Shown here piece by piece: positions 57,373-64,000 of a DNA stretch of 64,000 nt (the stretch's first letter is position 1; each line of letters opens with the position of its first letter). Location of the stretch: contig CM000433.1 of NCBI GenBank assembly GCA_000165345.1, positions 160,001 to 224,000 of the forward strand, written 5' to 3'. The translations under genes and the position numbers were made by a program. Under the pieces are notes generated by a model. It had not been told where the DNA came from. It saw only the letters and a list, made by a program, of their open reading frames with translations, and ran no database searches.

Positions 57373-58404
57373 TTAACGAATAATCTTTAAAGCAAATATA
57401 CTTACCTCATTTATTTTCCTTTGTCTGCATCTTACATCATAGGATAGAGATTGGGTTACAGTCTCGAGAAATTCTATCCTTGATTTGAAAAATATAAACG
57501 GCCATTTGCCCCCAAAAGATCTCAGTTCATTAAGCTTTTTTTCGTGCATATTAATTTTTTCTTGTGAAAGCAAACCATTTTTTTCTGTTATTTTATCTAG
57601 CTTATTCAAAATTTCATTTGGGATAGAAACTTTAAATTGGCCTTCAATATTATCTACGACCCATCTTGGGCACAATAATTCTTCCTTATCAATGATATCG
57701 CATATATGATAAGGTTTAATATCGATAATAGGTGTGCCATTAAGTAAATCTATCCCAGATATAAATATACGATTTCCAGAAATTGACTCAATCTTCACAT
57801 TAGAGATGCCTATTCTATTAACTCTATGTGGCGTCCTAGTGGAATATACTCCGGTTGATTTTCCATTCATTCCAGGAGGTCGAATTTTTGAATTTATTGT
57901 AATATCTTGAGGTACGTCATCAAAAATAAATATAATCCATAAATGGCTAAATTCATCCAAACCGAAAATGAAATCTGAATTGAATTCAGGCAATAGTTGG
58001 ATTACCCCACGTGAACTTGGAACTAATACAGATTGTCTTGGAACGCCAAATTTTTCTGTCCAACAGCTATAACAATAGCCAATGGTCCGTACAGGAAAAA
58101 ACTGAATATCATTTTTTGTAATAATGAGATCTTCCACTATTTTTTTATTGTAGACATCCGATACAATATAAAAATTGATGAAACCTCTGCTTCTGTTTTC
58201 TATTTTAAATCTGACTTCGGTATTATTCGAGTTTGAAGTTCCCTTAAATAAATAAATATCCGAGTCCTCTCCTTGTTTAAAGTCATTTATTATTATCGCA
58301 ACAATTTTTTCAATTAGCTTTTCTGATAAAAAATCAGCACTTAACTTTTCCTTTTTTAATTCGAACTCATCAGCATTACATTCCAATTTTAGCCATCTTT
58401 CCAA
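57373..58404 (-). CDS. TRMO: tRNA (adenine37-N6)-methyltransferase TrmO/YaeB family (TsaA-like)
   Basis: FFPVRTIGYCYSCWTEKFGVPRQS and TRTPHRVNRIGISNVKIESISGNRIFISGIDLLNGTPIIDIKPY match the YaeB/TrmO signature (RSPHRPNPIGLS..L.V.G.DLLDGTPVLDIKPY). Two short upstream exons (58512..58405 in frame, and 58628..58563 with a GTATGT donor and ttttatAG acceptor) may extend the N-terminus with MILELSNYLKEVIYKGINLLID+ELNFKIPSNIV.... This is uncertain. Confidence 0.7.
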   Translation of the reverse strand: MERWLKLECNADEFELKKEKLSADFLSEKLIEKIVAIIINDFKQGEDSDIYLFKGTSNSNNTEVRFKIENRSRGFINFYIVSDVYNKKIVEDLIITKNDIQFFPVRTIGYCYSCWTEKFGVPRQSVLVPSSRGVIQLLPEFNSDFIFGLDEFSHLWIIFIFDDVPQDITINSKIRPPGMNGKSTGVYSTRTPHRVNRIGISNVKIESISGNRIFISGIDLLNGTPIIDIKPYHICDIIDKEELLCPRWVVDNIEGQFKVSIPNEILNKLDKITEKNGLLSQEKINMHEKKLNELRSFGGKWPFIFFKSRIEFLETVTQSLSYDVRCRQRKINEVSIFALKIIR

Positions 58405-58735
58405 TTTTATTATTATATTTGTCGATAAGTCTCCATACTCTCTCCGTTTTGGTGCAACTAAACGAATTTGCTCATTTAAAACTATATTACTTGGTATTTT
58501 AAAGTTGAGCTCCTATAAAATTAAACGTTAGTTTAAAAATATTAGATATTTCCTAAACATACATCTATTAATAAATTTATTCCTTTGTAAATTACTTCTT
58601 TTAAGTAATTAGATAATTCGAGAATCATAATTGCTGAATTGAAAACAACGCTGCGCCATTAAAAACTTGATTGGTATGGTCAAAAAAAAAAAAAAAATAG
58701 TTTAAAATAAAATTAAACTCCTAGCCTCTGAATAA

Positions 58736-59094
58736 TTAATCTAGTTTAAAACCTCTTTTCTCTAAATTAGCTTGAGCTCTCAAAATATCTTCTGCAAGAT
58801 CTGCTTTTCCATTAGATACGTTTGAAAATTGAAGTAAAGAAATTGAAATAGATATCACTGAATATAACCCAAAGCCTAGCAAACAAACAAATGGAGACTA
58901 TTAATTACAGTCAATGAACTTTACTTATATATCGCCTTACTTACCGCAATCCAGTAAACTCTAGTGTTGTTCTTTGAATTTGTTCCAAAGTGAAACAAGC
59001 CAAAAATCCAAACAAAAACTGAAAACAATAAGATAGAAACTACTTTTTTTCCATACCCGAAGTAAGGGAGTTGATCTTTTATTTTTCTTTCCAT
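58736..59094 (-). CDS. DPM3: Dolichol-phosphate mannosyltransferase subunit 3 (DPM3)-like small two-TM protein, two exons
   Basis: Exon 1 is 59094..58941 (MERKIKDQLPYFGYGKKVVSILLFSVFVWIFGLFHFG...YWIA), with a GTAAGG donor at phase 1. The 65-nt intron is 58876..58940. Exon 2 is 58875..58736 (VSFGLYSVISISISLLQF..NGKADLAEDILRAQANLEKRGFKLD*). The C-terminal amphipathic tail resembles DPM3 (..QEARADLARRGLRF). Using the immediately upstream GTAAGT donor instead gives a truncated 56-aa product. Confidence 0.45.
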
Positions 59095-59246
59095 TTGAGA
59101 CTTGTCTTTAGAATTTATTTATTTATGGGACCTTTTTTTGTGCCCCTTATGTCATGCGCCTTCTAAATCCAAAGAACAAAAACATTTTTTTTGTATCATT
59201 TATAAATGAACATCATAATTAATAATAATTAAGAAATTTATAACAT

Positions 59247-62105
59247 ATGGAAACCCAAGCATCAGAAAATAACTATTCTCATAATTTTCAAAAAAGAATC
59301 ATGCTATGTGAAGACCCATCAGAGAATTTGACAAATCAGCTTATTGAGGAATTAATAGACCCCACAATATTTGTCAAAAGCTGCATTTTAAGGGGTTCAA
59401 AACATATTTCAAAGTGTATCGAGAATTTTGAAATTGCAACCAAGTATGTTAATGATCAATTAGAAAAACAGATTGTTGAATTAGGGCACATTAATACAAT
59501 TCAATGTATGTGCAGTGATATTGTAAAACTAGATAAATGTTCTAAAAATATTGGAACATATTTTTCCGGCTATAAAAGCTCTATTGAAATTGACACAATA
59601 CCAATCGTTCAGAAATATGATAGTATCAAAGATAATATACTAATTTCAAAACGTATACTTGAGATCCAGGGCCTTTGCAATAGAACAATTGAATTTATTT
59701 CGTTGATTTCTAAATTAAAGGCCCACTTTGGACTAAAAAAATCTGATAATGAAGAACAATATGAGAACTTCTTTATGAATTTTCAAAGTGGTATTCCCGA
59801 TTCAATTGATATTTATAAAACAAGTAAAATAATTGTTGAATTAGAAAGTATGATTTACTTTAACGAAGAAAGCGTTGCCGAATCTGAAACAAGTGAAAGG
59901 AAGATAAATAATTCAACAGTTTCAAGCCTTGAATTCCTCGAAGTTCTCCAAGAAGATATTAAATGGTTACGTAAAATTAGTGCGATATATAGACAAAATG
60001 GTCATAAAAAATTGTTGAACGGAATTGAGGAGCTGGATAATGCTTCAATTTATTCAGGCTGCGTAATTTTAGATCAATTTGGTGAACTATGGGAACATAT
60101 TGATATAATTGTTGAAGATGTAATGTTGAAAAGGCTAAATCATACGTTTCAAGTCTGTAACTTGCAAAAATGTATTGAAAAAGTAGATAAATCAGATGAG
60201 GTTTTTGCAGTTAGTATTCAATATGCCACTTTTTCTATACTAAAACTAGTAGAAGATGCTCTTAATCAAGTAATATTGGGTCTAAAACAACTAATCTGTA
60301 TTCATGATACATTGATTGAAAATAAAATCAATAATTATCAAAAAACTAATCAAATGAATTTTGTAGATGCATTTTGGGAAAAATGCCTATTATTTTTTGA
60401 AAGTGTGTTCAATAATATTTATTCTATTAACTCTAAGAACCCAAATATTCATCAAATTTCGTTTGGAAAAGAGATTATTGTGAATTCATCTTTAAAGCTC
60501 GAGCAATTATTTCATTTACTAATTAACTGTTATCCTGATATGTCGAATATGTTTAAAATTGCAACAAAGAATATTAAAGCATTGTTATCCTCTTCTTCAT
60601 CCAAGGTTATAGCTAATTCTATTGTTAACGACAAAAAAATATTTAATAGTATTTCAAAAATTAGAGAAGTGTATCTATCTTCAATTATAGATAAATTTAA
60701 TAGACTTTTTGAAACCATTATACCAAACAAAAATAATTTGTCTGATTCGTATGAAGAAATAAGCAGTCGAATATCAGAAATTACTCAAGAAATAATCGAA
60801 GAACTACGGAGAACAAGATCATGTGATGAAATTTATACTCAAATATATGATATTTTTAGAAATGAACTATTATGTTTCATGGTAACATGTGAAACAATCA
60901 TTCAACCAGAAGGAGGAATAATTGCTCATTTAGAAATAACCGAAAGCCAATCCAATCACAATTTTCTTATTGAAAGTAATGATTTAAATATTAAAAAAAG
61001 ATTACCTTCCCCAACTCAATCCCACATAATAAATGCAAATATTTCTATAATCGCAGCAATTTTGTCGATTGAAGTCAAGAAAATTTACGAAGTTGAATTT
61101 ATAGACAATGTTGATATTATTGAAAGAGATAGAATAATTGAGTTACTTAAGTCATTACAATATAAATCCGTTGGAAAGTGGTTTTCGCATACGTCCTTGG
61201 CAATTTTAGAATTAAACATTACAATTAACTACAATAAAAGCAATTCCAGATCAGAAATAAAAGACAATAGATTAAAAATTGGCCAATATTTTGTTACGCT
61301 TTCGCAAGAAATAGTAACGAATTTCATACAAAATTGGACTCCTCTATTGTATAATCATGATTTTTGGAGTAAATGTTACGTGTTATTTTGCAGAAATATA
61401 ATAATCATTTTTTTGGTTAACTTTACTTTAAGAAGCGAATTGGACGAAGAGAATTGTTTTGAAATAGCTGAAGAAATTGTTTCTCTTCAATCTATTATAT
61501 CCCATTTTATTTCCGATAATAACATCAAAAATCTATTGTCTAATGATATCAAGATGATCCAAGATTTCCGAAGAGTTCTTTTTTCAGATATAAAATCGAT
61601 TAGGGAAGCAATTAACTTTTCTATTAATACGAAAAATAGAGAGCCAGACAACAATGAGTTGTTATGGAAGTCTATCAATGATTTGGACAATATGTTATTT
61701 ATCGTGCACATTCTTAATCGAATATTTTATATCTTTAATAAGTCGAATCATTTTTCAATTCAAAGTTTTACTGAGCAATCTAAAATTTCAAACCCTCAAT
61801 TGTCAAATATCTTAAATTATTTATTATTTATTAAATTTAATAAATACCCAACGTGTGAATCAGATACAGACTTATTTATTATTTTCAATGTATTTAAGCA
61901 AAATGTAACTACTAGCGAATATATTAGTGATCCAAAAATATTACCATCAAAAATTCGAAACTATATCGATACAATTAAAGAAGAATTGAAAGCCTGTCAT
62001 TCATGTTTAGATGGTTTTATAGATATAGAGGATTTAGAAGTGATATTAAATTATATCGAGGAAAATTGTCAGAGTTACAATTGCCGCTCATATTGCTCTA
62101 ATTAA
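59247..62105 (+). CDS. Large helical protein, probably a CATCHR-family vesicle-tethering complex subunit (COG5-like), tentative
   Basis: A 952-aa single exon. The N-terminal LIEELIDPTIFVKSCILRGSKHISKCIENFEIATKYVNDQLEKQIVELGHINTIQCMCSDIVKLDKCSKNIGTYFSG resembles the conserved N-terminal coiled-coil block of COG/exocyst subunits. The rest is alpha-helical with no sharper signature. Confidence 0.4.
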   Translation: METQASENNYSHNFQKRIMLCEDPSENLTNQLIEELIDPTIFVKSCILRGSKHISKCIENFEIATKYVNDQLEKQIVELGHINTIQCMCSDIVKLDKCSKNIGTYFSGYKSSIEIDTIPIVQKYDSIKDNILISKRILEIQGLCNRTIEFISLISKLKAHFGLKKSDNEEQYENFFMNFQSGIPDSIDIYKTSKIIVELESMIYFNEESVAESETSERKINNSTVSSLEFLEVLQEDIKWLRKISAIYRQNGHKKLLNGIEELDNASIYSGCVILDQFGELWEHIDIIVEDVMLKRLNHTFQVCNLQKCIEKVDKSDEVFAVSIQYATFSILKLVEDALNQVILGLKQLICIHDTLIENKINNYQKTNQMNFVDAFWEKCLLFFESVFNNIYSINSKNPNIHQISFGKEIIVNSSLKLEQLFHLLINCYPDMSNMFKIATKNIKALLSSSSSKVIANSIVNDKKIFNSISKIREVYLSSIIDKFNRLFETIIPNKNNLSDSYEEISSRISEITQEIIEELRRTRSCDEIYTQIYDIFRNELLCFMVTCETIIQPEGGIIAHLEITESQSNHNFLIESNDLNIKKRLPSPTQSHIINANISIIAAILSIEVKKIYEVEFIDNVDIIERDRIIELLKSLQYKSVGKWFSHTSLAILELNITINYNKSNSRSEIKDNRLKIGQYFVTLSQEIVTNFIQNWTPLLYNHDFWSKCYVLFCRNIIIIFLVNFTLRSELDEENCFEIAEEIVSLQSIISHFISDNNIKNLLSNDIKMIQDFRRVLFSDIKSIREAINFSINTKNREPDNNELLWKSINDLDNMLFIVHILNRIFYIFNKSNHFSIQSFTEQSKISNPQLSNILNYLLFIKFNKYPTCESDTDLFIIFNVFKQNVTTSEYISDPKILPSKIRNYIDTIKEELKACHSCLDGFIDIEDLEVILNYIEENCQSYNCRSYCSN

Positions 62106-62140
62106 AATTAATTCTTTTAGGTGCTTAAAAAAAAGTGAAT

Positions 62141-64000
62141 ATGTTATCGGAATATTCAGATACATCTGACAATGAGATGGATCTAAACGATCAGGTATGT
62201 TATTTTTCTTATGAAGATATCTTTATTACTTTTTTTTTAGATTATTAGACAATTGAAAAATATTCATTTCGATCCAATTAACTCAAACATAAATCAAGAT
62301 GATAAATTAAGCAATATTATTGAGCAAAATATCATTAAAGACTACAAATATGATTACTATCGTGGAATAGTCGATGTTACCTTAACAAGCGATATTAATA
62401 AGAATGATAATATAAAAAAAGAATTGCTGGAATTAGGATGGGTCAATTCAGTCAATATTTTCGTTGAAAAAAAAATAGAAAGTCGCAAAAATGCATCAAT
62501 AGAAGATAAAAGGAACGAAATTTTATTATCTCTTAGTAAGGTTATCGACCCTGACCTAAATAAAGATATTGTTAGCTGTGGATTCGTTAAAGATTTATAT
62601 TTCGATCCAGAATCATCTGAAGTATCGTTTACTTTGGAGCTAACAACGCCAATTTGCCCACTAAAAGATTTATTTGAAAAAAGCTGCACTGAAATCATTA
62701 AAAATGATAGAATTTATGTGAAAGAAGTTAATATAAAATTTACCTCTAAATCAAGCAAAAAAAATCAAATAATTTCCAAAGAGAAAACACATAAAAATCT
62801 TGAAGCTGTATCTAACATTATCGCAATTAGTAGCTGCAAAGGAGGTGTTGGTAAATCCACTCTAGCTGTAAATATTGCATTTACTCTAAGTCAATTGGGA
62901 GCGAAAGTTGGTATTGTAGATTGTGATTTATATGGGCCAAATCTTGAACAACTTGTTCCTATGGAATCAAATACGGTATTTTACAAAAAACCTAGCAATG
63001 AGACAGAAGAAATAAGGACCAAACTAAACAAAAGAGGACTTTCTAAGACAAATAATGCAATAATACCAAATAACAATTTGAGAGAGGGCTTTATTCCTCT
63101 TATATATAAAGGCGTGCAATTAATTAGCTATTCTTATTTACTTAATACGAAAAGTGATTCAAATAGTTCAAGTAAGGTTTCAAGTATTTTGAGAGGACCA
63201 ATTGCAGGTTCAATTGTTACACAACTAATTACTGGAACTGTCTGGGAAGATCTTGATTACTTAGTTCTTGATTTCCCACCAGGTACGGGTGATATTCAAC
63301 TTTCAATTGCGCAATCAATAGCAATTGATGGAGCAATAATAGTTACAACCCCTCAAGATTTAAGTATTGCAGATGTGGAAAGGGGAATACATTTATTTAA
63401 TAAATTGAATATCCCAATTTTAACAGTTGTTGAAAATATGTCTTACTTCATCTGCGATGGATGCGAAAAGAGACACGAGATATTTTCTAAAGGTGATTTT
63501 TCCTTAATAACTGAGAAATATGGGCTCGAGCCAAACTTCAATTTTCCTTTATTTTCAAACCTTTCGAAATGTAAATTTCATTCCAATTCAAATGAGGTTG
63601 ATTTTCCATATGTTATTGCTGCAAACAAAAATGACAGTGTATATTTAGAGTTTGTAAAATTGTCAGAATTTATAGCAAGAAAATTGTCTAAGAATAGATA
63701 CAGTGACTATAAGCCAAATTTTGAATTTGATAATAATAGAAAGATAGTTATCTGTCAAATACCGAAAGATATTAAGGAAATTTTTGTACAAGAAAATACA
63801 ATTGATCCATTGGTCAAATTTAATGTTTCATATATTGATATTAGGAAATTATGTAGATGTGCAATATGTTATGATCCTGGGAAGGCTCGATTTAATGAGA
63901 CATATGAACCATCTACATTATTAATTGACCAAATAGAAACTATGGGCTCATACGCTATTATGATTAATTGGTCAGACGGTCACACAAGCATAATTTCATA
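62141..64000 (+). CDS. HCF101: HCF101-type Fe-S cluster assembly P-loop NTPase (DUF59/MIP18 + Mrp/NBP35 ATPase + DUF971); partial, runs off the window end
   Basis: Exon 1 is 62141..62194 (MLSEYSDTSDNEMDLNDQ), with a GTATGT donor. The 46-nt intron ends at ttttttAG. Exon 2 starts at 62241 and is open to 64000. DUF59 reads ILLSLSKVIDPDLNKDIVSCGFVKDL..TLELTTPICP. Mrp reads SSCKGGVGKSTLAVNIA, DCDLYGPN and the CxxC FICDGCEKRHEIF. DUF971 reads RKLCRCAICYDP...INWSDGHTS. Confidence 0.8.

Overview
AT-rich (~30% GC by eye) eukaryotic nuclear DNA, gene-dense on both strands; no prokaryotic operons, CRISPR arrays, rRNA or tRNA genes were recognised. The gene content points to an apicomplexan-type alveolate: a CDPK1-like calcium-dependent protein kinase with four EF hands, a mucin-type ppGalNAc-transferase, an HCF101-like Fe-S protein, and a recurring palindromic TGGCGCC(A/C) E2F-like box in upstream regions of the kind reported for Cryptosporidium promoters. 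The standard genetic code is used (TAA/TAG act as stops), so this is not a Tetrahymena/Paramecium-type ciliate. I can support about 26 protein-coding genes. They are RUVBL2 (partial), eIF3i, ppGalNAc-T, a 2xRRM protein, YIF1, choline/ethanolamine kinase, RNA polymerase I largest subunit (two exons), RBBP4/MSI1-like WD40, a multi-exon secreted unknown, malic enzyme, an Omp85/Sam50-like beta-barrel candidate, a small secreted protein, a multi-exon C2 + transglutaminase-like protein, a GT92-like glycosyltransferase, a DUF155 (RMD1-like) protein, a 2338-aa LRR protein, CDPK, an ITFG1/TIP-like FG-GAP membrane protein, PP2C (three exons), V-ATPase subunit F, an orphan protein, syntaxin-16/Tlg2-like (three exons), TrmO tRNA methyltransferase, DPM3-like (two exons), a COG/CATCHR-like tethering subunit, and HCF101 (partial). 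At least 10 of the ~26 genes carry introns. Nearly all are 45-115 nt with GTAAGT-like donors and T-rich ..AG acceptors, all hand-derived from the raw sequence; one 469-nt intron in the Pol I gene is an outlier. The items I rate most interesting are the E2F-like promoter box, the novel C2-TGL-TM architecture, the Omp85-like barrel with a non-POTRA N-terminus, the tri-domain HCF101, and a candidate C/D snoRNA in the Pol I intron. I see no evidence of a mobile element or a prokaryote-style defence system.
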